A stretch of DNA of 61,379 bases, the filler included, from Candidatus Aminicenantales bacterium (GTDB lineage Bacteria > Acidobacteriota > Aminicenantia > Aminicenantales > Saccharicenantaceae), in NCBI GenBank assembly GCA_049512315.1. It is 4 parts of 4 records of this genome, joined end to end, with 100 filler letters (N's around TTAATTAATTAA, not from the genome) between each part and the next. Parts side by side here need not be neighbours in the genome. Positions count along the whole stretch, not along the records: positions 34,285 to 48,098 come from JBEKXF010000052.1; 3 more parts are not named here. One strand, given 5' to 3'. Positions 34,557-44,560 of the stretch are shown piece by piece. Within the stretch, counting starts at the first letter, position 1; every line of letters begins with the position of its first letter. The notes beneath the pieces were generated by a model. It was given only the letters and a program-made list of their open reading frames with translations, was not told the origin of the DNA and searched no databases. Made by a program: the position numbers and the translations under genes.

Positions 34557-36008
34557 ATGTCTTTACGGAAACAAGCCACCCTGGTTCTGGCGATCCTTCT
34601 GACCTCAAGCGCCCTGGCGGCCGCCGAGGTCCAGCTGACGGCGCTGCAGGTGCCCACGGGGCAATCTTTTGACATCGCGTTCAACAGGACCAGCCGGGCC
34701 CCATCGAAAGCGGAGCTCCGCGCGTCCATCATCTTCGAGAAGCGGCAGGGCTCCATCCTCCTGAGCTTCCAAAAGATGGAGCCGGCGATCCTCTTCAGCG
34801 GCGACATCACATCCTACGTCCTTTGGGCGGTGGGCGTCGACGGCACGGCAGACAACCTCGGCGAGGTGCCCATCGACCGGAAGAGCTGCTCCGGCTCCCA
34901 GCAATACTACGCGAGCAAGAAGATCTTCGCCCTGATGATGACGGCCGAGCCGGTGGCGGGGGTCAGCCGGCCGTCGGTTCTCGTCCTCTTTACCTCAGGT
35001 GAACTCAGAATGCCGAATGTGCTCAACACTCCCTTCACCTTCACCAATTTTCAGGAGGGGGCCAAGCCGGCCCTGGAGAGCATCGCCGGATTCCAGTACA
35101 GCGACGACACGCCGGTGGCTTATATCCAGGCGCAGCGGGTGCTCGAAAAGGCCGAGAAGATGAACGCGGCCGCAGTGAATCCGACCGCGATGCGCAACGC
35201 CAAGACTGCCTTTGACAATGCCAGTAAGGCGGTCCAGGCCAGGAGCGGCAAGAGCGAGATCGCGGCGTTCTCCCGGCAGGCCCTGCAGCTGGCCTCCCAG
35301 GCCGTCATGGACACGATCCGGGCCAACGAAGCCCGGGCGGCCGCGGAAGCCGAGGCCAAGCGACAGGCCGAAAAGGCGGCCCTCGAACACCGCGCCAGCG
35401 TGGCCGAGACCGAGGCCCAGCGGATCTCCCGGGAGCTGAAAGAGGTGGAGACCCAGCGGGCGGCCCTGGCCCAGGAATCCAAGGAGATAGCCCAGCAGAG
35501 GGACGCTTTCGCCGCCGACAGGGATAGGGTCGCGGCGGAGCGGGACAAGGTGGCCACTGAGCGCGAGGCGATCAAAAAGGAAAGGGACGACTTGGCCGGA
35601 ATGCTGAAGGGCGCCCTGTCCAAGGTGGCCGAGACGAACGAGACCGCCCGCGGGGTCATCGTCAGCCTGCCCGGCATCCTGTTCGACGTGAACAAGGCGA
35701 CGTTGAAGTTCCCCTCGCAGTTCACGGTCGCCAAGCTGGCCGGCATCCTGACCGTCTTCCAGAACATGAACCTGAGCATCGAGGGCTACACCGACTCCAC
35801 CGGCACGGACGAGATCAACATGAAGCTGTCTGCGGACCGGGCCAGGGCGGTCTATGATTTCCTACGGGACCAGGGGATCCCCGAAAGCCGGATGAGGTAC
35901 CAGGGCTTTGGCCCGGCCAACCCGGTCGCCCCCAACGACACCGAGTTCAACCGGGCCAAGAACCGCCGGGTGGAGGTGGTGCTCACCCAGGCCGCGAAAA
36001 CCCCGTGA
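34557..36008 (+). CDS. OmpA/MotB-domain protein with coiled coil
   Basis: ATG at 34557 after AAGGAGGAG, signal peptide, ILFDVNKATL, IEGYTDSTG, NRRVEV. Confidence 0.9.
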   Translation: MSLRKQATLVLAILLTSSALAAAEVQLTALQVPTGQSFDIAFNRTSRAPSKAELRASIIFEKRQGSILLSFQKMEPAILFSGDITSYVLWAVGVDGTADNLGEVPIDRKSCSGSQQYYASKKIFALMMTAEPVAGVSRPSVLVLFTSGELRMPNVLNTPFTFTNFQEGAKPALESIAGFQYSDDTPVAYIQAQRVLEKAEKMNAAAVNPTAMRNAKTAFDNASKAVQARSGKSEIAAFSRQALQLASQAVMDTIRANEARAAAEAEAKRQAEKAALEHRASVAETEAQRISRELKEVETQRAALAQESKEIAQQRDAFAADRDRVAAERDKVATEREAIKKERDDLAGMLKGALSKVAETNETARGVIVSLPGILFDVNKATLKFPSQFTVAKLAGILTVFQNMNLSIEGYTDSTGTDEINMKLSADRARAVYDFLRDQGIPESRMRYQGFGPANPVAPNDTEFNRAKNRRVEVVLTQAAKTP

Positions 36009-36009
36009 G

Positions 36010-36936
36010 AGAGCGCCGATCGCCCGACCCGAGTTCCTGACCGAGAGCCGGCTGTCCGAGTCCGGGCGGGCCGCCGCATTCCGGGAAAAGATCATCGACG
36101 AGATCTTTTATGCCCTCGGCCTTTCGAGAACGGGCCCGGGGCGCCGGCTCCTGGGGCCCGTCTTCCGGCCCGTGGCCGGCCGCTTCAGCAGGATCGCCGC
36201 CCGCGCCGACGGCGAAGTCCTTTCGTCGGGCTTGAGCGGCGGCGCCCGCCGGATCCTTCCCGATCTTTCACTCCACCCCGCCCCGCGGGGCGCGGAAACC
36301 ATTCCCCGGGACGGGCCCCTGCTCCTCGTTGCGAACCATCCCGGCGGGTTCGATTCCGTGGCCGTCCTGGCCTCGGTCCCCCGGAAGGACATGAAGGTTT
36401 TCATCTCCGACGGCCCCTTCACCCGGGCCTTCCCCTTCGCCAAACGATACTTCATCTATACTCCCATGACCGTCGTGGGCGGCCAGGCAGCCCTCCGGTC
36501 GGGGGTCGAGCATCTCCAGGGCGGAGGGGCGCTCCTGATCTTCCCCCACCACGAGGTTGAGCCCGACCCCGAGCTGGGCCCGGGCGCGGCCGAGGCCATC
36601 GGGGATTGGTCCCGGAGCGTCGAGATCATGCTGCGCCGCGTCCCGCAGACCCGGCTCCAGGCGGTGATCGCGAGCGGCGTCCTCATGCCGAAATTCCTGC
36701 GAAACCCCCTGCTCAGGATCCGGAAGGAGCCAGCCCGGCGGCAGAAGCTGGCCGAGGTCATGCAGATCGTCCGGCAGATGCTTTTCCCGAGGAGTGTCCG
36801 CGTCGACATCCATGTCTCGTTCGGCCGGCCAGTCGAGGCGACGGCCCTGGCCCAGGACGAGCTGATGGCCGACGTCATTCGGATCGCGCGCGGCCTCCTG
36901 GACGACCATATGGCCTCCTTGAGGACATCTTCATGA
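36010..36936 (+). CDS. PlsC-like (lysophospholipid) acyltransferase; start codon unresolved
   Basis: VANHPGGFD (NHx4D) and LLIFP motifs. Confidence 0.75.
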   Translation, partial: RAPIARPEFLTESRLSESGRAAAFREKIIDEIFYALGLSRTGPGRRLLGPVFRPVAGRFSRIAARADGEVLSSGLSGGARRILPDLSLHPAPRGAETIPRDGPLLLVANHPGGFDSVAVLASVPRKDMKVFISDGPFTRAFPFAKRYFIYTPMTVVGGQAALRSGVEHLQGGGALLIFPHHEVEPDPELGPGAAEAIGDWSRSVEIMLRRVPQTRLQAVIASGVLMPKFLRNPLLRIRKEPARRQKLAEVMQIVRQMLFPRSVRVDIHVSFGRPVEATALAQDELMADVIRIARGLLDDHMASLRTSS

Positions 36937-37085
36937 ACCCGATCTGAGGCCTGTTCGATCCGCCCTCGCGGCGGCCGGGAGCGGTCCCGAATGATTGTGA
37001 AACCGGGGCGTTCGGGCTATAATGAGCGGCTCGAGCATGCCCGGCCGGCCTCCGTTCCGGCGGCGGCCGGGTCGCTCCGGGCAGA

Positions 37086-37877
37086 ATGGAGACCGAATCG
37101 TTGAAAGGCGTGGTCATCGCGGCGGGTAGAGGCAGCCGTTTCCAGGGAACGCGCGAGAGCAAGCCCCTTTCCCCCGTAAACGGCAGGGCCCTCATCGAGT
37201 GGGTCATCTTGGCGGCCCATCAGGCCGGGATCCGTGATTTCGTCGTGGTGACCGGCTATGCCCGGGAAAAGCTCGAGCCCTATCTCGAGAAATTGTCCCG
37301 GGAAAAGAAGATCCCGATCTCCTTCGTCTTCAACAACGAATGGGAAAAGGAGAACGGGCTGTCCGTCTACAAGGCCCGGGAGCTCGCCGGAGAGAAGTTC
37401 GTCCTCCTGATGTCCGATCACATCTTCGACCCGGAGATCCTCGTCCGGCTGATGGGCCGGCCCATCGGGGAGGACGAGGTCATCCTGGCCGTCGATCCGA
37501 ACGTCGTGGACCACCCTACGGCGGACCTCGAGGACGTGACCAAGGTCCAGGTCGAGGACGGGAGGATCGCCGCGATCGGAAAAACGATCGCGGCTTATAA
37601 CGCCTTTGACACGGGGATCTTTCTCTGCACCTCCGCACTCTTCCGGGCCCTCGAAGAAAGCCAGAAGAAGGGGGATTTCAGTCTCTCGGGCGGATTGAGG
37701 CTGATGGGGGAGCGTCGGAAGGCCAAAGTGATGGACATCGGCCGCGCCTTTTGGATTGACGTCGACGATGAGATGGCTTTGGCACGAGCGGAGGGACTCC
37801 TGGCCCGCCGCGGTGATCCCGGGCCCGGGGCCGTCCCCGCCGTCACGCACCGGAAGACCGATGGCCGTAGATCTTAA
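37086..37877 (+). CDS. Nucleotidyltransferase (IPCT/LicC-like cytidylyltransferase)
   Basis: IAAGRGSRF..KPL, ENGLS, LLMSDH, DTGIF, WIDVD. Confidence 0.88.
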   Translation: METESLKGVVIAAGRGSRFQGTRESKPLSPVNGRALIEWVILAAHQAGIRDFVVVTGYAREKLEPYLEKLSREKKIPISFVFNNEWEKENGLSVYKARELAGEKFVLLMSDHIFDPEILVRLMGRPIGEDEVILAVDPNVVDHPTADLEDVTKVQVEDGRIAAIGKTIAAYNAFDTGIFLCTSALFRALEESQKKGDFSLSGGLRLMGERRKAKVMDIGRAFWIDVDDEMALARAEGLLARRGDPGPGAVPAVTHRKTDGRRS

Positions 37878-38868
37878 ATCGCCCAGGAGCTGGATCAAGG
37901 CCGGCCTGACGGCCGTCGGGATCCTCCTCTTCCTTTATCTCATCCGCCGGATCGGCCTCCGGACTCTGGAGGCCAATCTCGCCCGGTTCGGACCCTGGTT
38001 CCTTCTGACGTCCGCGATCGCCGCAGGCTGGCTCCTGTGCCAGGCCGGCGCCTGGTGGTTCATCCAGGACGCCTTCTTCCAGAGGGTGCCATTCGGCCTC
38101 CTCTTCCGCATCAAGATCATCAGCGACACCTTCAACCTGATCCTTCCCTCGGCGAGCCTGGGGGGGGACGCTATGCGGGCCTTCATGATCAAGGAGGACG
38201 TCCCCCTAAGAGACGGGATCCCCAGCGTCCTCTTCGACAAGACCATCGAGTTTATCGGGTCCCTGATCTTCCTGATCAGCGGCCTTTTCCTGGGGCTCGT
38301 ATCGCTCCGGCTCCCGAGGACCCTGACCATTTCGGTGGCCATCAGCCTGGGCCTCATGGCCGCGGGGATCATCGTCATCGTCGTCGTCCAGAAGAGAGGC
38401 CTGACCCTGACCCTGATGAATCTGGGCCGCCTGTTCCCCCGGGCCAAGGGCTGGGCCTTGAAACATGAAAGCCAATTCGCGGCCATGGACGAGAGCTTCC
38501 GGCTTCTGTACAGCCGCTCGAACACCAGGGCCGTCCTGCCCATCGCCCTTCAGATCCTCGCCCGTCTCATCGGCACCCTCGAGGTCATGGTCATCCTGGC
38601 GGTCCTGAAGGCCCCGGTCAGCTTCATCCAGGCCCTTTTCATCTCTACGGTCGTGGCGGCGGGCAATTTCGTCTTTTTCCTCCTTCCCGGCCAGTGGGGA
38701 GTGATGGAAGGCGTTCACGTCATCGTCGTTCAGAGCCTGGGATATCCGGCGGCCATCGGCCTGAGCCTGTCGGTCATCCGGAGGATCCGCAAGCTCCTGT
38801 TCGCCGGGCTGGGATTGCTCCTGTTCGCTTCGCTGAAGAAAAGGTCGTCCGTGGGCGGGGGGTCATGA
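37861..38868 (+). CDS. Lysylphosphatidylglycerol synthase TM / flippase-like membrane protein
   Basis: Multi-TM, PSASLGGD, PGQWGVMEG, RRIR. Confidence 0.82.
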   Translation: MAVDLKSPRSWIKAGLTAVGILLFLYLIRRIGLRTLEANLARFGPWFLLTSAIAAGWLLCQAGAWWFIQDAFFQRVPFGLLFRIKIISDTFNLILPSASLGGDAMRAFMIKEDVPLRDGIPSVLFDKTIEFIGSLIFLISGLFLGLVSLRLPRTLTISVAISLGLMAAGIIVIVVVQKRGLTLTLMNLGRLFPRAKGWALKHESQFAAMDESFRLLYSRSNTRAVLPIALQILARLIGTLEVMVILAVLKAPVSFIQALFISTVVAAGNFVFFLLPGQWGVMEGVHVIVVQSLGYPAAIGLSLSVIRRIRKLLFAGLGLLLFASLKKRSSVGGGS

Positions 38869-40271
38869 TATCCGTGGACCGGGCCGTCATACTCCTTCTC
38901 CGGGAGGGGACGGTTTCCTCAGGCTTGAAGGGGCCGACCGCCGGGAAACTTCTCGGGCTGACGCTTCTCGAGCGGGTGGTCCTGGCCGCCTCCCGATCCG
39001 GCGTCAGGGATTTTATCCTCGTCGGAGACGCGGGGACCGATGGAGAGAAAACAGTCGCCGGGCTGAGGAGAGACGCCCGGATCAGGGGTTTGGATCTCCG
39101 TCTCGAGCTCGTGCCCGTTTCGGAGATGGGCCGGTTCGTTGACGAAGGAAGATCCGACCGGCCTTTCTGGCTGATCCCGGCGGACCTCGTCTTCGATCCC
39201 CAGGCGCTCGCGGACGCGGCCCAGGCCGCTCCCGGGGATGACACTCTGCTCCATCTGGTGGACTGCCATTCCCGGGCCGGCCGGCAGGGCGACGATGGGA
39301 TCGGCCTGACGATCGATAAAGGGACCGGCCGGGCTGCGGCTTTCGTCACGGGCTCTGAGCCGCGTCCGGCGGCCTACGCGTGGATCAGTCTTTGCCCGGC
39401 GGCGGTTTTTTCGAGGCTGGGCGTCGTGTTCGCCGACAAGGGCGGCATCCGCATGGACGCCGATACGCTGAATGCGGCCCTCCTGCGTTCGGGGTCCCCT
39501 GTCGTCGATGCCGGTGTATTCTGCGGCAGGGTCACGACGAGCGCCTCTCTCAAAGAAGCCCGCCGTTACCTGATAGGCACCGCCAGGAAGCCTACGGACG
39601 CCTTTTTCGCCCGCCATATCAACCGTCCCATCTCCCTCCTCATGACCCGGTTTTTCCTTCGGCTGGGAATCTCCCCGAACCCGCTCAGCATCATCTGCCT
39701 GGCGATCGGGCTCGTCAGCGGCGGGCTCATCGCCCAGGGCGGGTATCTCCATTCCCTCCTGGGCGCGTTCCTGTTCGAGTTCGCCTCGGTCTTCGACGGC
39801 TGCGACGGGGAGATCGCTCGGCTGACATTCCGGACCTCCAAACTCGGCGGCTTCCTCGATATGGTCGGGGATGCGGTCATCTTTGTCCTGTTCTTCCTGT
39901 GCCTGCCCGTCGGTCTTTATCGGAGCTCGCATCGGCCCATCTGGCTGGTCCTCGGCGTCCTGGCACTTCTGTCGATGGGGGCTTTCTATCTCCAGCTCTC
40001 GGCCTTCATGAAAAAGGCGAAGCTCGGCAACCTGGTGGTCGGGGTGGTCAAGGACATCGAGCAGAGCGCGGGCTGGCCAGGCTTCACCGGCCGCCTGGAT
40101 GGGCTGGCCGCCAAGGTCGCCTTCATCTACCGCCGGGACTTCTTCTCCACGGTCGCCTTCGTCATCATCGGGCTGGGCGGGGCCGCGGTCCTCATGGGCC
40201 TGCTGGCGGTCTTCTTGCCCTTGGAGCCCGTCTACATGTATCTCTATTCGAGAAGGCGCTTCCGGACCTAG
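38865..40271 (+). CDS. CDP-alcohol phosphatidyltransferase with degenerate N-terminal NTP-transferase domain (DIPPS-like)
   Basis: NRPIS, SPN, DGCDGEIAR..GGFLDMVGD signature; ATGA overlap. Confidence 0.88.
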   Translation: MISVDRAVILLLREGTVSSGLKGPTAGKLLGLTLLERVVLAASRSGVRDFILVGDAGTDGEKTVAGLRRDARIRGLDLRLELVPVSEMGRFVDEGRSDRPFWLIPADLVFDPQALADAAQAAPGDDTLLHLVDCHSRAGRQGDDGIGLTIDKGTGRAAAFVTGSEPRPAAYAWISLCPAAVFSRLGVVFADKGGIRMDADTLNAALLRSGSPVVDAGVFCGRVTTSASLKEARRYLIGTARKPTDAFFARHINRPISLLMTRFFLRLGISPNPLSIICLAIGLVSGGLIAQGGYLHSLLGAFLFEFASVFDGCDGEIARLTFRTSKLGGFLDMVGDAVIFVLFFLCLPVGLYRSSHRPIWLVLGVLALLSMGAFYLQLSAFMKKAKLGNLVVGVVKDIEQSAGWPGFTGRLDGLAAKVAFIYRRDFFSTVAFVIIGLGGAAVLMGLLAVFLPLEPVYMYLYSRRRFRT

Positions 40272-41842
40272 AACCGGCCCCGGACCGGCGCCGGCGCGTT
40301 CGGGTCGAAGAATTTCCTCGGCATCTTCTCGTCCCGCATGGCCGTGTTGTAGACGAACCAAGCCATGACCGTCGCCGCCTGCATCAGGTCCCCTCGCGAC
40401 AGGTGGTCGTAGACGTCCATGTTCGAATGATGGGTGAGCGAACCATATTCCAGTTCATCCTGGATAAACTGAAATCCCGGCAGGCCGATGCCGTCGAACG
40501 ACAGGTGGTCCGTGCCGCCCGTGTTGCGGATCGTCACGGTCGCCGCCCCGAGGTCGTGGAAGGGCTTCAGCCACTCCTCGAAGATCGGCACCGCGGCGTT
40601 GTTTCCCTGGGCGTAGATGCCGCGGACCTTGCCGCTGCCGTTGTCAAGGTTGAAGTAGGCCGAGAGCTTGTCGTATTCCGGCTTTTTTTCCTTCTTGGCC
40701 CGGTCGAAGAAATGGTTCGTGACATACCCCCGGGAGCCGATGAATCCCTGTTCTTCGCCGTCCCAGAGAGCGACCCGGATCGTGCGGCGGGGCTGGATGC
40801 CGATGGCCTTGAGGATCCTCACGGCCTCCATGGCCACGGCGCTGCCGGCGCCGTTATCCGTGGCCCCGGTGCCCGCGTGCCAGCTGTCGAAATGGCCGCC
40901 CAACATGACGATTTCGTCCTTCAGCTTCTTGTCCACACCCGGGATTTCAGCGACGATATCGTAACCCTGAAGGTCATCCTCGGTGAAGCGGGCCTGAACC
41001 TCGACCTCGATGGTGACCGGGACCTCTTTCTGGACGATGCGGACGATCCGGTTGTACTGTTCGACCGAAACGACGACCGACGGCAGGACGGCCGGAGCGT
41101 CTTTGGCCTGGGACCCTCCACTCGCGACAAAAACCGTCCCGTCCTTCCCCCGGCTGGCCTCGAGAAGCACGGCCGCCCCTTCGTCCTTCAGGAATTTGTT
41201 CACCGCCTGCTGGAGCTGCTGGCGGGCCATCATGTCCTCCATCCGGAACGCGAATGCCGGCCGGGCACCGGGCTCGGGGGCCAGGGCCAGCTTTTTCAGC
41301 TCGTCCTCGGTCAGCCTTGAGGCGGCGGGGTCGAAGGAGATATCGAGCGGCTGTTCGCCCTGGGTGAGGACGATGGCGTCCTTGAGCTTGCCCTTGTACT
41401 TATCGAGGTCGGCAATTTTTTTGACATCGAGCAGGACCGGATTCCCCTTGATGACGCCGTTCGTTCCGGGCGTCCAGGCCTTCGGGTAGGCGATGAACGG
41501 CATGTACTGCGGAGCGGTCATGGCAGCATAAAACTTCTGAAGCTCCCAGCCCCGCCCGTATGTGCCGTATGGCTCCATCTTCGCGTTGATCAGGCCGATC
41601 TCCTTGAGCTTGCCCACGGCCCACTCCCCCGCCTTGCGATACTGGGGGGACTCTGCGAGACGCGGGCCGTAAACGTCGCAGAGATAGATCAAGAGGTCGG
41701 TTATTTTGGAATTCTCCAGACCCTCTTTGCGGATGCGTTGCACGAGCTGGAGGTCGACCTTTTCCTGGGCGGCGACCTGGATGACAAAGAGAAGGGCCAG
41801 GACCGCCACGATCACAGAACGCCTGATCGGATTCTTGCTCAT
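40268..41842 (-). CDS. M28-family metallopeptidase, secreted
   Basis: GGHFDSW, GATDNGAG, GEEQG, GGTDH. Confidence 0.92.
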   Translation of the reverse strand: MSKNPIRRSVIVAVLALLFVIQVAAQEKVDLQLVQRIRKEGLENSKITDLLIYLCDVYGPRLAESPQYRKAGEWAVGKLKEIGLINAKMEPYGTYGRGWELQKFYAAMTAPQYMPFIAYPKAWTPGTNGVIKGNPVLLDVKKIADLDKYKGKLKDAIVLTQGEQPLDISFDPAASRLTEDELKKLALAPEPGARPAFAFRMEDMMARQQLQQAVNKFLKDEGAAVLLEASRGKDGTVFVASGGSQAKDAPAVLPSVVVSVEQYNRIVRIVQKEVPVTIEVEVQARFTEDDLQGYDIVAEIPGVDKKLKDEIVMLGGHFDSWHAGTGATDNGAGSAVAMEAVRILKAIGIQPRRTIRVALWDGEEQGFIGSRGYVTNHFFDRAKKEKKPEYDKLSAYFNLDNGSGKVRGIYAQGNNAAVPIFEEWLKPFHDLGAATVTIRNTGGTDHLSFDGIGLPGFQFIQDELEYGSLTHHSNMDVYDHLSRGDLMQAATVMAWFVYNTAMRDEKMPRKFFDPNAPAPVRGRF

Positions 41843-42056
41843 CGATTCCTCCTCGGAAAATATCGGCCCCCATCTTACATCAAAAGCCCCGGCTCAGCCA
41901 ATCTCCTTGTGCTTCGGAGGATGCCGGGATCAACCTCCGGCCCCAGGCCGGCGCGATCGAGATGGACAAGTACGGGTCCGCGCCCAAAATCCTCATCCAG
42001 GCCAGCCACGCGAAATAAGCCCGGAGCGGTTCCGACGAGCGGTCGGTCCGCCTCGG

Positions 42057-42962
42057 TCAGGCGCCATTTTTGACGTGCAGGTCTTCCGAAACCTCGTGCC
42101 TGGCGAGGAAATCGTAGCTGATCGCCCCGAACTTGCAGGAATCGACGCATTTCAGGCACCGGACGCAGTCGGGGCTATTGGCCGATTCGTAGATCTTGAT
42201 GTCCACCGGGCAGTCGTTGCGGCACTTGTCGCAGAGCGTGCATTTCTCGTCGTCAACGGCCATCCGGAAAAGGCTCCCCTTGTTGAACAGTCCCAGGATC
42301 GCACCCAGCGGGCAGACGGCCCGGCAGAAGGGGCGCTTGCTGACGGTCATCCAGCCGAGAAAAAAGACGAGGAGGGCGACTTTCCAAAAATACATGAAGC
42401 CGACGAGGCCCCTAAGTCCCTCGTTCAGGAGGACGAGGGGGATCCCCGCCTCCAGCGTCCCGGCCGGGCAGACCCACTTGCAGAACCAGGTCTGGCCGAA
42501 GCCCATCTGGTCGACGATGAGGAGCGGCAGGGCGACAACGAGGACGGCCAGGAAGACATAGCGGAAATAGGAGAAGAACCGCGGCACCCGGAGTTTGGGT
42601 GTCGGGATCTTGTGCATGAGCTCCTGGATGAAGCCGAAGGGGCAGAGCCAGCCGCAGGGCATGCGGCCGATGGCACTGCCCACGGTCCCGAGAAGGCCGA
42701 TGACGTAGAGCCCGAACTTCTTTTCGGCGACCGAGAGGTTGAAGCGCAGGCCGCCGAAGAACGTCTGCATGGAGCCGATGGGGCAGGCGCCCAGTGCCGA
42801 AGGGCAGGAGTAGCAGTTCAGGACGGGGACGCAGACCCCCTTGACATTCCCCTGGAAGATCTGTCCCGAGAGCCAGTTCGGCAGCCAGGCGTTGATCGCC
42901 AGGGCGCCGAAGGCCTGATACCAGGCCCTTTTTCGCCGGGGCTTCGTCAGGAATCCCACCAT
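42057..42962 (-). CDS. Membrane 4Fe-4S binding protein
   Basis: LNCYSCP..ACPIG, CGWLCPFG, FCKWVCPAG, CTLCDKC..CP, CVRCLKC..C. Confidence 0.9.
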   Translation of the reverse strand: MVGFLTKPRRKRAWYQAFGALAINAWLPNWLSGQIFQGNVKGVCVPVLNCYSCPSALGACPIGSMQTFFGGLRFNLSVAEKKFGLYVIGLLGTVGSAIGRMPCGWLCPFGFIQELMHKIPTPKLRVPRFFSYFRYVFLAVLVVALPLLIVDQMGFGQTWFCKWVCPAGTLEAGIPLVLLNEGLRGLVGFMYFWKVALLVFFLGWMTVSKRPFCRAVCPLGAILGLFNKGSLFRMAVDDEKCTLCDKCRNDCPVDIKIYESANSPDCVRCLKCVDSCKFGAISYDFLARHEVSEDLHVKNGA

Positions 42963-42969
42963 CCGTGCC

Positions 42970-43104
42970 TCAGCCGATCCCGATGCAGTCCAGGCAGACA
43001 GTGACGGCCTTCTCCAGGACGATCTTGTACTCACCGAGAAGGAGTCCCGCGACCATCAGGGCGAGAAAAATGGTCAGCAGGACCCAGGGCAGTTTGCGCT
43101 TCAT
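42970..43104 (-). CDS. 44-aa membrane CXXC microprotein (CD1871A-like), absent from the ORF track
   Basis: MKRKLPWVLLTIFLALMVAGLLLGEYKIVLEKAVTVCLDCIGIG*; ATGA overlap with the TlpA gene. Confidence 0.85.
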   Translation of the reverse strand: MKRKLPWVLLTIFLALMVAGLLLGEYKIVLEKAVTVCLDCIGIG

Positions 43105-43730
43105 CCTTTCCCTCCGGCCAGGCACTTTTTCACGGCCGCTTCGAGCTCAACGATGTGTTCCGGCTTGAAGCCTTGGTGGACATGGACGATCGTCCCCGTC
43201 GCGTCGATCAGGTAGACGACGGGGATGGTAGCGGCGTCGTAGGGTTTTTTCATATCCTGGGCCGTGCGGAGGATCCCATCGGACCCGGGGCCGGCGGTCG
43301 CGTCGGCGAGCATAGGATAAGTGATCTGGAGCTTAGCGTAGAACGGCCTGACGACCTTGGACCCCCGCTCGTCCAGGGCGATCCCGAAGAGCCTCAGGCC
43401 GCCTTGTTCCTGGTCCTCGCCGGGCTTATATTTTTCGTGGAGCTTCTGCATGTATGGCATGGCCGCCCGGCAGGGCACGCACCAGGTTGCCCAGAAATCA
43501 ATGAGGACGGCGGCCGGGTGGGTCCTGCGGACCTGACTCTTCCCGGCCACGATCTCGCTGACGATCAGGGTCAGCCGGCCGTCCTCCATCTTGACGGTGT
43601 ATTCCTTGTCGTCGATATTTTTCAAGGAGAAAGGGAGGAACTGCTGGCCCGGCTTCATGAGGGCGGAAGCCGAAGGGGCCGCGAGAAGCAGGACAAGGAA
43701 GCCGGCCGCGATTCTCAGGCTTGTTTTCAT
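43101..43730 (-). CDS. TlpA-family thiol-disulfide oxidoreductase
   Basis: LIDFWATWCVPC, cis-Pro IP motif, signal peptide. Confidence 0.9.
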   Translation of the reverse strand: MKTSLRIAAGFLVLLLAAPSASALMKPGQQFLPFSLKNIDDKEYTVKMEDGRLTLIVSEIVAGKSQVRRTHPAAVLIDFWATWCVPCRAAMPYMQKLHEKYKPGEDQEQGGLRLFGIALDERGSKVVRPFYAKLQITYPMLADATAGPGSDGILRTAQDMKKPYDAATIPVVYLIDATGTIVHVHQGFKPEHIVELEAAVKKCLAGGKG

Positions 43731-43811
43731 CGGCGCTCCTTAGATTCGGCTAACAGATTTCTAGTTTAGTCCGCACTCCTTGCTTTTTCAAGGAGAGCAA
43801 GCGGGCGCCTC

Positions 43812-44375
43812 TCAGAACCGGACGGCGAGGCCGAGTCCGCCCTGAAGGCCGCCGAGGTCGGTCGTCAGAGGATCCGTCTCTCCGGCTTTATTACGGAAGG
43901 ACGTATAGCGGCCGTGGAAGTCGACGGACAGCGGCCCCGTGATCCTGACGAGGAGGCCGATCTGGCCGAGCAGGCCGACCTTCGAGCCGCTGACCGTACC
44001 GATGACGTTCGTCTCTTTGTACAGGAAGTATCCAGCGGCGAGAGCCGCATAGGGCCTGACCTTGGCGGATAAGGATTGGAGCTTGAGCCCCGCGAACAGC
44101 GGGACGACCCGCAGGGTCGTGTCTTCCAAGGTATAGGTGAGCTTTCCCTTTTTATGATAATAATCGGCGCCGGCCCAGAGGCCGAGGCCTTTCCATAAGG
44201 GGACCGTGAGGTCCGCGCCGAATACCGGGCCGTTCTTGTAGACGTCCCGGACGTCCTGTGAATTCGGCCGGAGATACCCCATCCTCGCCTCGACCGTCGC
44301 CGCAGAGCTCCAGGCCGTCCCGGCCAAACAGATCATCGACAATGCGGGGCCGATCCAGGCCGCGATCCTCTTCAT
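43812..44375 (-). CDS. Small outer-membrane beta-barrel protein
   Basis: Signal peptide, amphipathic strands, C-terminal Phe. Confidence 0.78.
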   Translation of the reverse strand: MKRIAAWIGPALSMICLAGTAWSSAATVEARMGYLRPNSQDVRDVYKNGPVFGADLTVPLWKGLGLWAGADYYHKKGKLTYTLEDTTLRVVPLFAGLKLQSLSAKVRPYAALAAGYFLYKETNVIGTVSGSKVGLLGQIGLLVRITGPLSVDFHGRYTSFRNKAGETDPLTTDLGGLQGGLGLAVRF

Positions 44376-44560
44376 GCGTTTCTCTCCTCCCCCCGAACGC
44401 CCGCCGCTCCCGACGGTCCTCGAGCGAGGATTGATTCTAGGAGAGTTCTCCGGCCGGTGTCAAGGCAAGCCGACATTGACAGCTCTCCCGGGGTCTCTTA
44501 CAATAAGGCAAACCTTAGCCGATCGATCACCGATCTTGCTCCAGGCGTCTGAGGTGAAAG

